A stretch of 64,000 nt of DNA, from positions 2,816,001 to 2,880,000 of the forward strand of contig CATQHZ020000001.1 in assembly GCA_958296135.2 (NCBI GenBank). Direction: 5' to 3'. Source of the DNA: an uncultured Poribacteria bacterium (GTDB lineage: Bacteria > Poribacteria > WGA-4E > WGA-3G). Both the position numbers and the translations under genes were made by a program. Shown here in pieces: positions 21,023-31,406 of the stretch. A model generated the notes under the pieces. That model saw only the letters and a program-made list of their open reading frames with translations, was not told where the DNA came from and ran no database searches. Each line of letters begins with the position of its first letter. Positions within the stretch are counted from its first letter, which is position 1.

Positions 21023-22483
21023 TTAGAAATTTAACGGCAACGAACGCAGCAGCGGCTTTCCCGTATACGGATTAATCATATCCGGCAGCCGCGGCAGACA
21101 TTCATTAAATCGACTCTCAACCGAGTAAAGCTGGACGCGCGGCAAAACGTGGTTACCTACCTGCACCGTGCCCAGTTTCGCCACCTCGTTCAGCGCCGCC
21201 GATGAGGTGACATCCTCCAAGGTGATATAGATACCCATCACGGCGTTTTCACGTTGCACGACATGCAAGAAGTCGCGCAGTTGACTCAGCGAGAACTTCC
21301 CACTTTTCACCTGTCCGAGGACAATTTTGGTATAGTCTCCATCCGGGGTTTCCAGCGTATTGCCGATGCCATCGATGCCGCCATCGGCACCGCCTGTTTC
21401 ATTTGGCGCGAGGCCAGGAATGAGGTTGACAGCCCATATCTCAAAGTGCCGACGATTCTCTCTCGCGAGCCGCGTAGCACTCGCCAAGTCAGCCGGCATG
21501 CCGTAGGTTGGGATATTTCGCCCCGGGAACCGCTGAGTTTTGATGACATCCAGCGCAGAGGGATTGATATCGATGCCAATCCACTTGCGGTTGAGGGTAT
21601 CCGCGGCGACGACGGTGGTGCCGCACCCACAGAACGGATCCAGCACCACATCGCCCTCACTTGAGGAGGCTCTGATAATCCTGTCCAGTAAGGCGAGGGG
21701 CTTCTGCGTCTCGTATCCAAGGCGTTCTTTCGCCCTAGAGTTAAGTTGTGTGAGTTTTTTGTCCTCACAGTAGGACCAGACATCATCGGGGATTTTTCCC
21801 TCATCCATATAGAACCTTTTCCCAACGCCGTTTTCGTGATAGCGTCTCCCGCTTTCATCCACTTTGTTGTACCGGGAGGCAACCATCCTCCTCGGCACCC
21901 TAATATCAACGCCTTTGTAATCAGCGGTTTTGGAGTATCGAAAAATGATGTCATGCTTTCGGCGGAAATCTTTCTTTGGGGCATTTCCCATGTGGTAGTG
22001 CCACACAATTTCGTTACGGAAGTTCTCCGCACCGAAAACGCCATCCAATGCGATTTTGAGATAATGACTCGCTGTCGCATCGCAATGGAGATAGAACGTG
22101 CCAGTCGGCTTGAGGACGCGTTTTATCTCAATCAAATGCATCGCCATGTAACTGACATAAGCCATCATCCCACAGTCGCCGAGAATCTGGTGCAACCCAC
22201 CGATAGCTTTCGCAATCGGGGAGGCAACCATGCCAGTCAGTTCATCAACGCGCGCGTGTGCATCCGGACTCCAATGCCACGTATCGTCAAACGCTTTGAG
22301 CGATGCAGCGCGCGTGCCTTTGTTGGCCGTTTCCGCCTCAAGCACGTAAAGCTGATTATACTTCTGCTTGGAATTGAACGGCGCATCTCCGTAGGCGATA
22401 TCCACCCAGTTGTCCGGCCATTGACGCAGAATGTAGAGATTGTCACCATAGTAGAGGCTATTCAATGCGGGACGTGTTAACAT
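21023..22483 (-). CDS. DNA N4/N6 methyltransferase (beta class) with C-terminal Mrr-like domain
   Basis: YGDNL, variant motif IV DAPF, GYETQKP, LDPFCGCGTT; C-terminal GADGGIDG...QVKSG. Confidence 0.85.
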   Translation of the reverse strand: MLTRPALNSLYYGDNLYILRQWPDNWVDIAYGDAPFNSKQKYNQLYVLEAETANKGTRAASLKAFDDTWHWSPDAHARVDELTGMVASPIAKAIGGLHQILGDCGMMAYVSYMAMHLIEIKRVLKPTGTFYLHCDATASHYLKIALDGVFGAENFRNEIVWHYHMGNAPKKDFRRKHDIIFRYSKTADYKGVDIRVPRRMVASRYNKVDESGRRYHENGVGKRFYMDEGKIPDDVWSYCEDKKLTQLNSRAKERLGYETQKPLALLDRIIRASSSEGDVVLDPFCGCGTTVVAADTLNRKWIGIDINPSALDVIKTQRFPGRNIPTYGMPADLASATRLARENRRHFEIWAVNLIPGLAPNETGGADGGIDGIGNTLETPDGDYTKIVLGQVKSGKFSLSQLRDFLHVVQRENAVMGIYITLEDVTSSAALNEVAKLGTVQVGNHVLPRVQLYSVESRFNECLPRLPDMINPYTGKPLLRSLPLNF

Positions 22484-22788
22484 AAGGGGTGTCCTTTTCC
22501 GTTATCTCTAAAACCTTATCGTGGATTTCTATCTTCTGAGGCTTGCGAGGACTACGCTGTCCTTCGCAACGTCAGCTGTCTCTTCAGTACCCGACGAAAG
22601 CCCTAAACTTCTATCGTCCTGCTGAGCATGTCTTTCCTGCCGACTATGAGCCTCATCAGTCACGTTCGCCGGGATGCAGGGAATAAAAAATTTGGTTTGC
22701 CGCTTTTTCTCTCCTATTCGGTAAAGATTTCTGATGAGAGAAGTTTTTTCTGCCTTGTGGTTTAACGGTTACCAAACATCTTAACATT

Positions 22789-22818
22789 ATAATACCACAC
22801 TGGACAACATTTTGTCAA
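22789..22818 (-). promoter_or_regulatory. Sigma70-like promoter about 300 nt upstream of the methylase
   Basis: TTGACA-18 bp-TATTAT with extended TG on the minus strand. Confidence 0.55.
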
Positions 22819-22908
22819 ACAAAACCGGGACGATCAGAGCCATTCAGTTTTCGGTTGTCGCTGCCGATTTTCGCGAAAAATGCAATTTTTTAGAACGTGA
22901 AACCTGCG

Positions 22909-23091
22909 TCACCCTCGCCCCTTAAACACCGCATAAAGATACCAAAACGCCGGCACCAAATCCCGCGTTTTCAGCCACAGCCCTTCGGCGATTACCATAA
23001 GCAGCGGCATCGCCATGCCGACAGCGGCGAAGATGATGTGAAAAGCGAGTGACATCGCCATCTGTGCGCGTGCAGCGAGTAGATTATCCAT
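22909..23091 (-). pseudogene. Cytochrome bd remnant: CydA N-terminus fused to a CydB-like C-terminus
   Basis: MDNLLAARAQMAMSLAFHIIF...PLLMVIAEGLW joined to VPAFWYLYAVFKG; AAGGAGG RBS. Confidence 0.75.
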
Positions 23092-23114
23092 GAGCAGCCT
23101 CCTTAGAACCACCG

Positions 23115-23405
23115 GTAGGCGCGCTTTCAAAAAACCGGACTTGCCCCGTAGCGCGAGGGAAAACCTGTCCCTCGCGAAACCCCGAACGAAACGAAAAACG
23201 GCCTTAGCCCGTAGCGCGAGGGCCGTCACGCCGAAACGCTGTCATCTCTGCAGCCCCGCTGCAGAGATGTCCACTGTCCCTCGCGAAACCCCGAACGAAA
23301 CGAAAAACGTTCCAAACCTAGGACTGCAGACGATTTCTGTTACGCTTGAGCATAGCGAGAGAAACCCTCGGCGATTCGCGCTCGCCGGGTTTTCCCTCGC
23401 CCTAC
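23115..23405. repeat. BIME-like cluster of REP and expanded-REP elements
   Basis: GTAGCGCGAGGG...CCCTCGCG units with repeated AAACCCCGAACGAAACGAAAAACG linker. Confidence 0.85.
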
Positions 23406-23432
23406 GGTAATGAGACAACAAAAACCGGATGC

Positions 23433-24260
23433 CTAGGCACCCCACGAATCCAGGCCGAGGAGCTTCCTCCCAAGAGGGGTCAACGCCGCGGTTTCGCCGT
23501 GGTAATGCTCTTTCTCCTTCTGCTCTTTTCCGAGGCCGGTGAGGCGTTCGCGCCATCCCTCAATTCGCTTCTCGCGCGATTCGGGGTTACCGTTCATCGG
23601 CGCGGGTGACATCGTGATATACTGCGCCATGCGGGGCCGCTCGGCAGAATTCGGGCTACTGCCGTGCGGCAAAGCACTGTGCCAGATAACCAGATCGCCG
23701 GCTTTCCCCTCGACGGGGACTGCGTCTGCTTGGTACTCGCGCACCACTTCCCTCGGGTTCGCGTCCGACGGCAGTTCTTTCAGCCACGGCTCCAATTTCT
23801 TATGGAAACCGGGGATGCAGGTGAACGCGCCTTGGTTGCCGGGCGTATCGGCGAGGTATAGCACGCCTTGCACCCGCAAGCGCACCGGCATAGCGTCTAA
23901 CGACATATCCCAATGCAAATAGGGACCGGTGAATTCCCAATCCGGACGTTCGGGTGGGTTCATGCTGGCGCGATCGAAACTTACCCAGAGTTCATCGGTA
24001 CCCCAGATCTCCGAGAACGCCTGATGCACGCGCGGATATTGGCGGTTATCCCACAGAGCCTGATGCTGATAAATTTCCACCATGATGCTCTTCCGCCGCG
24101 GGGTGGGATACCAACTCTCCGGATTGTCGCGTTCCATCTCAAGAAAGTCCCAGACAGCTTGTTCGGCGGCGCGGCAATTCTCAAGCGGAACCGCCTCCGG
24201 CACGACGACATAGCCGTTCTCTTCCCAAAATTCAAGTGCTTTTGCATCAAAGACAGGCAT
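23433..24260 (-). CDS. Phytanoyl-CoA dioxygenase family protein
   Basis: GYVVV, HWD, GDLVIWHSALPHGS..R. Confidence 0.9.
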   Translation of the reverse strand: MPVFDAKALEFWEENGYVVVPEAVPLENCRAAEQAVWDFLEMERDNPESWYPTPRRKSIMVEIYQHQALWDNRQYPRVHQAFSEIWGTDELWVSFDRASMNPPERPDWEFTGPYLHWDMSLDAMPVRLRVQGVLYLADTPGNQGAFTCIPGFHKKLEPWLKELPSDANPREVVREYQADAVPVEGKAGDLVIWHSALPHGSSPNSAERPRMAQYITMSPAPMNGNPESREKRIEGWRERLTGLGKEQKEKEHYHGETAALTPLGRKLLGLDSWGA

Positions 24261-24324
24261 GAGTTTCTCCTTATTTGACTGCGAGGCGCGGTTGGAAACC
24301 GCGTCTACGGGGTGCAGCGTTAAT

Positions 24325-25035
24325 TTATCGCACACTGAAATGTTGCCGGGCGTATTCCAACCGCTCCGGCACGCCAATATCTATCCAGAATCGCGACCGG
24401 GAGGCCGCGTTGACATCTTCAACTTTGTAAACATACAGATTCGTCACAGACGGAAAAACGTCGCGTTCAATCGAAAAAGCGTCCTTCTGTGGAAAAGCGT
24501 TGACAATCGTTCGGTTGAAAAGGAAGACGGCCCCGTTTGCGCAACCGGGGCGCGCTACCTGTTGCTTTTCCCGAAAGGCAGTGATGCATCCGTGCGCATC
24601 GGCGACGATCTCCCCATAAGAACCAAGGTCGGCGACCGGAATGCCAAGCACCAAACCGTCCATTTCAGGACGAAGCGCGACGCGCATCTCAGCCAGCGAG
24701 ATGCCTTTTAACAAAATATCGCCGTGTAACACGAAGACAGGAAACTTATCAACGAACCGGAACGCGTTCCGAATCGCGCCCCCGGTGCCAAGCGGTTTCT
24801 CTTCCTTCGCGTATCGGATTTTGACACCGTTGCAACTCCCCCCAACATGCGCGTAAAGCACATCGTGCAGGTGCCCGGAGGCGAGGATGACTTCTGTCAC
24901 GCCCGTTTCGGCGAGCAGCGCGAGCTGCCATTCCAGCACCGTCCTCTCCCCGATTTTGAGGAGGATTTTGGGAAGATGCTCCGTTGTTTTTCCGAGTCGG
25001 GTAGACAGTCCGCCGCAGAGAATAATTGCTTGCAT
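24325..25035 (-). CDS. Nucleotidyltransferase (sugar-1-phosphate NTP transferase)
   Basis: ILCGGLSTRL, PK, PLGTGG, WIDIG. Confidence 0.85.
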   Translation of the reverse strand: MQAIILCGGLSTRLGKTTEHLPKILLKIGERTVLEWQLALLAETGVTEVILASGHLHDVLYAHVGGSCNGVKIRYAKEEKPLGTGGAIRNAFRFVDKFPVFVLHGDILLKGISLAEMRVALRPEMDGLVLGIPVADLGSYGEIVADAHGCITAFREKQQVARPGCANGAVFLFNRTIVNAFPQKDAFSIERDVFPSVTNLYVYKVEDVNAASRSRFWIDIGVPERLEYARQHFSVR

Positions 25036-25116
25036 ATTTTCCCGCCCTATCCTTAACTGACACGCGAGTTGAACGGGCGGAAACCATAGAAATCCGCCCA
25101 TATAGGATACACCTCG

Positions 25117-25935
25117 TCACTCTCCAGGAAACCAATCTTCCCTTATCGGGCACTTTTCGCCTAAATCCTGCGGGGCCAACTGATAATCGTGAATCACAAG
25201 ATTGCTGATAATGCAATACGTCGGTCTGTCGCAATCCTCCGGGTCTGTCGAGGCATTGTTCACGACAAAATGTCCACTCAGATGTTTGGGTCCGTCCGTG
25301 TAGTGTTCATTATGCCCCGCGTGTTTGCCATCGATGTATAGATTCAATCCACTTTTCCCCCAAGTGCCAGCGATATGATAGTGCTCCCCAACTTCCCACT
25401 CAAGCCTGTTTTGACTCAGAACACGGCCGTTGTTTTTGACTTTATCACCGTCGCCGCTTTTAATACGCAAACGGATGTGTGAAGGATGCTTCACCACATT
25501 GTCATCAACGAGTTGCATAATAATAGCATTGGGAGCCGGTGCCGTACTGAACAAATAAAAATCCCTGTCTGCCTTTTCGAGTTTGCGCTGCGGGGTTAGG
25601 CACAACTCAACGGTCCCTGCCTTGAGGTACGTGAGATTGCCATCCACCGGAAAAGTAACCCGATCCCTATCTTTTATGCTGATAAAGCCGGAGCGGCATC
25701 CACCGTCGTCAAAATTTTCGCTGCTGTGGATATCAACCTCTCCGTGCGCATTCTGAACAACCGTGCTGTTCTCCAAGGAGCAAAAGAAAGGTTCGCCTGC
25801 GGACAGCAGGTGCAGCTGATCTAGCACAACCGATTTTACTGCCTCAAACCGAATGCCAAAGAAACCTAATAAGGCGAGAATCACGGCAAGAATGGGAACG
25901 TTCTTGCGAGTAAACAAGGTGCGGATTATTTTCAT
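25117..25935 (-). CDS. LamG/concanavalin-like jelly-roll domain protein
   Basis: GTVEL, HYHIAGTW, LYIDG; N-terminal TM or signal segment. Confidence 0.7.
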   Translation of the reverse strand: MKIIRTLFTRKNVPILAVILALLGFFGIRFEAVKSVVLDQLHLLSAGEPFFCSLENSTVVQNAHGEVDIHSSENFDDGGCRSGFISIKDRDRVTFPVDGNLTYLKAGTVELCLTPQRKLEKADRDFYLFSTAPAPNAIIMQLVDDNVVKHPSHIRLRIKSGDGDKVKNNGRVLSQNRLEWEVGEHYHIAGTWGKSGLNLYIDGKHAGHNEHYTDGPKHLSGHFVVNNASTDPEDCDRPTYCIISNLVIHDYQLAPQDLGEKCPIREDWFPGE

Positions 25936-26429
25936 CGTCAGACCTCCTTCGCTTTTCCCTCACGGGTTGTGAGAAACATGCGCGAACCGTGAGCGATTGC
26001 ATTAAAATTTACCATAAATTCGCTTTGGATGTCAAACATTTTTTTATTATTAAGAGGGTTTCCGACGAAAACTGCCTTTTTACCGTAGCGCGGGGGCCCG
26101 GCGATCACGAATCGCCGAGGGTTCCCCCCGCGATCTTTCAACCGGCACGAAAAACGTCCGCAGCCCAAAAGCCGCGAACGTTTTTGAGAGGATCGTGGCA
26201 TGGCGAGGGAAACCCTCGGCGATTCGCGATCGCCGGGCCCTCGCCCTACGTTTCGTGGACGCGGTTTGGATAGCCACGAAATAAAAAGCACAAAGAAGTG
26301 TTTTGTCACGATAAGAATCCCTCATCCTGAAAATCTTGCTAATCTTGTGAATCCTGCCTCAGACAGTTTGACAAAATATGAGATTGCCTATAGAATGTAA
26401 TGCATATTAGTCCAAAAAGGAAACGACAC

Positions 26430-27776
26430 ATGATTCAAACTGCTTACAAGGAAGCGTATCGTCCGCAATTCCACTTCACGCCGAAAACGAATTGGACGAA
26501 CGATCCGAACGGCTTAATCCACTATAAAGGCGAGTTCCATCTCTTCTTTCAACATAACCCCTTTGGCATCGATTGGGGAAATATGACGTGGGGGCACGCT
26601 GTCAGCCCAGATCTGGTGCATTGGAAGCAGCTGCCGCACGCTCTTCATCCCGATGAACTCGGCACGATTTTCTCTGGTTCCGGTGTTGTGGACTGGAACA
26701 ATACAGGGGGATTCCAGACCGGCGACGAGGCGGTGCTGGTGAATTTCTATACCTCTGCTGGGAACCACGCCCCCGAACCGGTGCCGTTTACGCAAAGCAT
26801 CGCCTATAGCAACGACCGGGGTAGAAGCTGGACGAAATATGAGGGAAATCCTGTGATTGCGCACATCGTCGGGAGCAACCGCGACCCGAAGGTGATTTGG
26901 CATGAAACGACGCAAAAGTGGGTGATGGCACTCTATCTCGACAAGAACGACTACGCGCTGTTCGGTTCAACGAACCTTAAAGAGTGGACGCGGCTCTCCG
27001 ATTTACAGATTCCGGATACGGAATGCCCGGACATCTTTGAACTCCCCGTTGACGGTGACTCGGAGAATACCCGATGGGTTTTCTGGGGAGCAGCTGGAAA
27101 GTATTACGTCGGCGATTTCGATGGCACAACTTTTACGCCGGAAGGCGACGCACATCGCGCAGACTACGGTGCCAATTTCTACGCCGCGCAAACGTGGAGT
27201 GACGTGCCTGATTCCGATGGCCGCCGTCTCCAGATCGCATGGATGAGCGGCAGTAAGCCGCCGGATATGCCCTTTAATCAGCAGATGAGTTTCCCGTGCG
27301 AGTTGACGCTGCGCAAGACAGCGGATGGCATCCGCTTGCATCGGGAACCAGTCGCCGAGATTGAGACTCTCCATGCTTACACGCACGCTTGGAGCAATAT
27401 TGCGATGAAACCGGGGGAAGACCGGCTCGCGGGTTTAACAGGAGAACTGTTTGATCTCCGCGCCGAGGTGGCGTTAAACGATGCTTCCGCTGTCGGTTTC
27501 AAAATTCGCGGCGAAGATGTCCGTTACGATGTTGCTGAGAAGCAGCTCACCTTCCTTGAGCGAAGTGGCCCACTCGCGCCGCAGGATGGGAAGATTCGGC
27601 TGCACATTCTCCTCGATCGCATCTCCATAGAGGCGTTCGGCAACAACGGCGAACTCTCGATGACTTCGTATTTCCTCCCAGAATTGGATAACGCGGACAT
27701 CGGCATTTACGCGGAGGGCGGCACGGCGACGCTCGTTTCGCTGAAGGTGCATGAGTTGAAGTCGGCATGGGTATAA
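26430..27776 (+). CDS. Glycoside hydrolase family 32 (levanase/invertase)
   Basis: WTNDPNG, WGHAVS, FSGS, RDP, ECP motifs. Confidence 0.95.
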   Translation: MIQTAYKEAYRPQFHFTPKTNWTNDPNGLIHYKGEFHLFFQHNPFGIDWGNMTWGHAVSPDLVHWKQLPHALHPDELGTIFSGSGVVDWNNTGGFQTGDEAVLVNFYTSAGNHAPEPVPFTQSIAYSNDRGRSWTKYEGNPVIAHIVGSNRDPKVIWHETTQKWVMALYLDKNDYALFGSTNLKEWTRLSDLQIPDTECPDIFELPVDGDSENTRWVFWGAAGKYYVGDFDGTTFTPEGDAHRADYGANFYAAQTWSDVPDSDGRRLQIAWMSGSKPPDMPFNQQMSFPCELTLRKTADGIRLHREPVAEIETLHAYTHAWSNIAMKPGEDRLAGLTGELFDLRAEVALNDASAVGFKIRGEDVRYDVAEKQLTFLERSGPLAPQDGKIRLHILLDRISIEAFGNNGELSMTSYFLPELDNADIGIYAEGGTATLVSLKVHELKSAWV

Positions 27777-27873
27777 TACCCAATTAACCTATGTAGTTTG
27801 CGCTCGCCTCAAGCTCGGGTGCTCTTTACCTATAGGTGTGAGAAGAATCAAGTACATTTGGTATAAGAGCACG

Positions 27874-28284
27874 CTAGGTATAGAGCGTCGCTATCAAATT
27901 TCGTCTGCCGCCCCGATTGCGGAATTCGCACAGATAGATGCCTTGCCACACGCCCAAATCTAGGCGATGGTTGGCAATTGGAACGGACACGGCGAATCCG
28001 ACAAGCGCCGCTTTGATGTGCGCGGGCATATCGTCATCGCCTTCTATCGTGTGCCGATAAAAGGGTTCGCGCTCCTTAACGAGCCGGTCAAAACTATTGG
28101 CGAAGTCTTCCCGCACCGTCGGATCGGCGTTTTCGTTGATGGTGAGCCCTGCCGACGTATGCTTGATAAACAGGTGTAAGATGCCATTTTTCGGCAGTTC
28201 ACCGAGGGATGTCAGGATTTCATCGGTGATGAGATGAAACCCGCGCGGGTATTCGCGTAGGGTGAGCTCAATGTGTTGAATCAT
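27874..28284 (-). CDS. yjbQ: YjbQ/UPF0047 secondary thiamine-phosphate synthase family
   Basis: HTSAGLTINENADP, AHIK, LGVWQGIYLCE. Confidence 0.9.
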   Translation of the reverse strand: MIQHIELTLREYPRGFHLITDEILTSLGELPKNGILHLFIKHTSAGLTINENADPTVREDFANSFDRLVKEREPFYRHTIEGDDDMPAHIKAALVGFAVSVPIANHRLDLGVWQGIYLCEFRNRGGRRNLIATLYT

Positions 28285-28322
28285 CAGGGCAGTCTGCTCC
28301 AAACAAGAAGAGGTTTGTATCA

Positions 28323-29117
28323 ATGGACATTATTTGTGCTTCTATTTGCTACCGAGGCTACGCCGAAGATGAGGTAGCCGCAACGTTGGCATACGCGCCG
28401 AAAATCGGTTACCGTCTCATGGAAATTCACGGGCCCCTCATCTGGAGTGTCGATGCTGCACACGCGTTTGAAACGGCCAGTATGAAAGCAAAAATTGACG
28501 CATCCGGCATGCGATGCGCTGGGCTCTATCCCCCCGGATGGGGTGGACAGGACGATGCCGATGTCCAAGCCCGCGCCGAGGCAATCGCAAAATGTGTGGG
28601 CATCGCTGAAGAACTCAACGCGACGCACCTCACAACGAGCGGCGCGCAACGCCGGACAGAACCGGGGGCGTTAGCCCGTGTCATCGCCTGTGTGCAAGAA
28701 GTACTGGCTCGGATACCCGCCGAAAGTCCGATCAAATTGACGCTTGAACCGCACCACGGTAACGTCCTCCAACAGCCGGAGGATTTCCAACGTGTGCTAG
28801 ATGCGATTCCGGATGAGCGAGTCGGTATCTGTATTGATACCGGGCATTTTCACACGTCCAGCGTTGACACGCTTGCTGCAATTCGGCAATTCGCTTCGCG
28901 CATCTATGCGGTGCATCTGAAAGACCATCTGGGTGCCGTATCCGTCGGTATTGGGCGCGGTGAACTCAACCTGCGGCAGATTATCGGCACGCTACAAGAA
29001 GTGGGTTATCCGGGAGATCTGACGCTGGAATTGGAAGTGGCAGATCCGGAAAACTTGCCTCGCTATACAGAAGAGGCTTATTTCTATCTCAGCGGGATGT
29101 TGGGGTTGCAGCTATAG
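28323..29117 (+). CDS. Sugar phosphate isomerase/epimerase
   Basis: LEPH, DTGH, HLKD, LELE metal-binding motifs. Confidence 0.85.
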   Translation: MDIICASICYRGYAEDEVAATLAYAPKIGYRLMEIHGPLIWSVDAAHAFETASMKAKIDASGMRCAGLYPPGWGGQDDADVQARAEAIAKCVGIAEELNATHLTTSGAQRRTEPGALARVIACVQEVLARIPAESPIKLTLEPHHGNVLQQPEDFQRVLDAIPDERVGICIDTGHFHTSSVDTLAAIRQFASRIYAVHLKDHLGAVSVGIGRGELNLRQIIGTLQEVGYPGDLTLELEVADPENLPRYTEEAYFYLSGMLGLQL

Positions 29118-29198
29118 TGTGCGCTGACATGAATCGCTCAGGGCGGATATAGAAATCCGCCCTGACAAAGCGGCGACATCCACTCTTACGCAGTGCTC

Positions 29199-30422
29199 CT
29201 ACACCTTCCAACTCTCAATGAAATCTGCGACACCATAATTTATCGGCATTTCATTAAAATAATAACGCATAGGCCCTGATTGGAAGCCGGGTGAAAAATG
29301 CTCCTCGTCGGTTTTGAGGCGTGCGTCTAGGGGCTGAAACCTTTTCCACAGCAGCGATGCCTCGTCGCGGGTGAACCATTCCTCGGCGAAAGCGGGGCCC
29401 CAATTGAGGGTGATGGCGTGCGAGCTCTTACCGCGGTTGCGGAAGTCATCGGGGATGTCCGCAATCTCACATCCGTGCGCGAGTGCGACGAAACAGGCGG
29501 CTTTGCATAAAAACACCGTTGACAGCAATGTCCCTTTTTCACCCCTGCTCGGATGCATGTTGTCCAGCGCGGTGTGGTAGGCATCGGCATCTTTGTCAAT
29601 GACGGCTCGGAGCGCGTTTTCTGTCCACACTTGCAGCTGCGAACTGCGTTCATCCCACCGATCGAACATTGCTTGCACTCCCGGTGCCAGACAATCGACG
29701 TAGTCAAATGCGGGATAGGACGTGAACTCTGAAAACCCGCCGTGAATCGTGCGGCGCATCTTCCGACTATAATTACTTCCCCAGTGCAAGACCGGCAAGA
29801 TGTAAACTACACCATCGCCTGCATTGAGATGCGTTTGGACACCACCGTGCAAAGGTGCCCGCGGATCTGCCAATAATTGCTGGTTTTCCGCCTCCGTGTT
29901 TACTCGCAGATGGCTGCCGGGGAGGACCCACAGTACATTGTCGTCGTAGAGCGAGAGATTCCACTGCACGTACCGAGGTCCCGCTTCCACAATGTCGTCA
30001 ATATAGCCTTGTAGTGGCGCGGTATCAATCGGATGATGGTCCCGGTGCCATGCGGCGGGCCCACGGTCGCGCACTGGATTGCACATGAGCATCATCTCGG
30101 TAACCCCGGCATCCTCTACACCGAGCAGTTCACTACTCACACCTTGCGTGTTTTCGTGCGCCCAAATTTCCACCGCGTTTGCTGTCTTTTCATCGACAAG
30201 CGAAGCGAGCGGTTCACGACTGAGGAGTAGGCGCGGTTGTGGCGAGTTCTCCCAAACGCCGCCTGGTGGTTCGTCCGGTGCGCGTTCTTTCGCCCAGATT
30301 TCTCGCTGCCGCGAAACGAGCAGTTCATAGCTTTCGCGAAGGGCGGCCAATTCTTCAGGCGGGACTACTTCCCGCAGCACCAGATACCCTTCTTCCAGAA
30401 ATTGGGTTCGATTGACGTGCAT
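29199..30422 (-). CDS. Phytanoyl-CoA dioxygenase family protein
   Basis: GYLVL, WHRD, PGSH, GDGV...HWG. Confidence 0.8.
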   Translation of the reverse strand: MHVNRTQFLEEGYLVLREVVPPEELAALRESYELLVSRQREIWAKERAPDEPPGGVWENSPQPRLLLSREPLASLVDEKTANAVEIWAHENTQGVSSELLGVEDAGVTEMMLMCNPVRDRGPAAWHRDHHPIDTAPLQGYIDDIVEAGPRYVQWNLSLYDDNVLWVLPGSHLRVNTEAENQQLLADPRAPLHGGVQTHLNAGDGVVYILPVLHWGSNYSRKMRRTIHGGFSEFTSYPAFDYVDCLAPGVQAMFDRWDERSSQLQVWTENALRAVIDKDADAYHTALDNMHPSRGEKGTLLSTVFLCKAACFVALAHGCEIADIPDDFRNRGKSSHAITLNWGPAFAEEWFTRDEASLLWKRFQPLDARLKTDEEHFSPGFQSGPMRYYFNEMPINYGVADFIESWKV

Positions 30423-30512
30423 GATTGTTCTCCAATGCGCGCGGGTGGCGAGGGAAACCCTCGGCGATTCACGATCGCCGGGCCCTCGCGCTACGTTTCT
30501 GCTTGGTTCGTG

Positions 30513-31247
30513 TTACCCGCGTCCGATATAGAGCTGCCCTACCGGTAGCACCGTCGCCTCCAACATATTGATATTCGGGGGTAGCGTTGCCATGAGGACA
30601 GCGGCTTGCGCCAGATCAGCCACGTCCATCATCGGCTCAGTGGGTGGCTGGGGGCGGTTCTGGACGCGCTCCACGTATGTGTTGCCGGGTTGCAAGCAGC
30701 TCGCCGTGATGCCGTGGGGTCTGCCTTCCAGTGCTGTTACTTGCGTCAATCCCCAGATGCCGAATTTGCTGGCACTGTAAGGCGCGGTGCGCGGCCGAAC
30801 GCGGTGCGCGGAAATACTACCGACGTTGATAATCCGTCCGCCTTGTCCTTGCGCTTTCATAATCCGCATTGCTTCCCGCGTGCAGAGGAACGGTGCGCGG
30901 AGGTTTACCCCGATAACCCAGTCCCATGCCTCTGTTGAGAGTTCGTCGATAGGACCGCCATCAAACGCGCCAGCGTTGTTTACCATGATGTCCAGCTGGC
31001 CGTATTCCTCTGTCACTTTTTCAAAGAGAGCCTTAATCTGCGCCTCATCTGTCACATCGGTGGGAACAGCCAAGACGCGCGCGCCATTTGCACGTATTTC
31101 AGCGGCGGTTTGCTCTAACAACTCGGCGTTTCGCGCAGCGATGGTGAGGGATGCGCCTTCCGCGGCGAGCCCCTTGGCAATGCCTTTACCGATACCACGG
31201 TTGCCGCCTGTCACAATCGCAACTTTTCCATCTAATTGTCCCATCAT
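30513..31247 (-). CDS. Short-chain dehydrogenase/reductase
   Basis: TGGNRGIG, NNAG, YSASK. Confidence 0.95.
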   Translation of the reverse strand: MMGQLDGKVAIVTGGNRGIGKGIAKGLAAEGASLTIAARNAELLEQTAAEIRANGARVLAVPTDVTDEAQIKALFEKVTEEYGQLDIMVNNAGAFDGGPIDELSTEAWDWVIGVNLRAPFLCTREAMRIMKAQGQGGRIINVGSISAHRVRPRTAPYSASKFGIWGLTQVTALEGRPHGITASCLQPGNTYVERVQNRPQPPTEPMMDVADLAQAAVLMATLPPNINMLEATVLPVGQLYIGRG

Positions 31248-31406
31248 CAATTCTCCTTTTTCGTCTTTTGCAATGCGTCTGATAAGGGTTCCTGGTGCAA
31301 GAACGTCTTTCTCCGTTTATCCGATATCTCGGTTTTCGATGCGAAATGACGAGGGTGGCATGCGCGGTTGTTGCATGCTATCTTTATGAACTCGGTAGAG
31401 TTCTCA

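Noticed and set aside
22490-22790. Canonical hammerhead ribozyme
   Set aside because: CUGANGA motifs are not followed by stem II plus GAAA with a matching stem I; kept only as an unexplained structured leader
25938-26325. Short ORFs across the intergenic region
   Set aside because: Translations are made up of REP sequence; no RBS or family motifs
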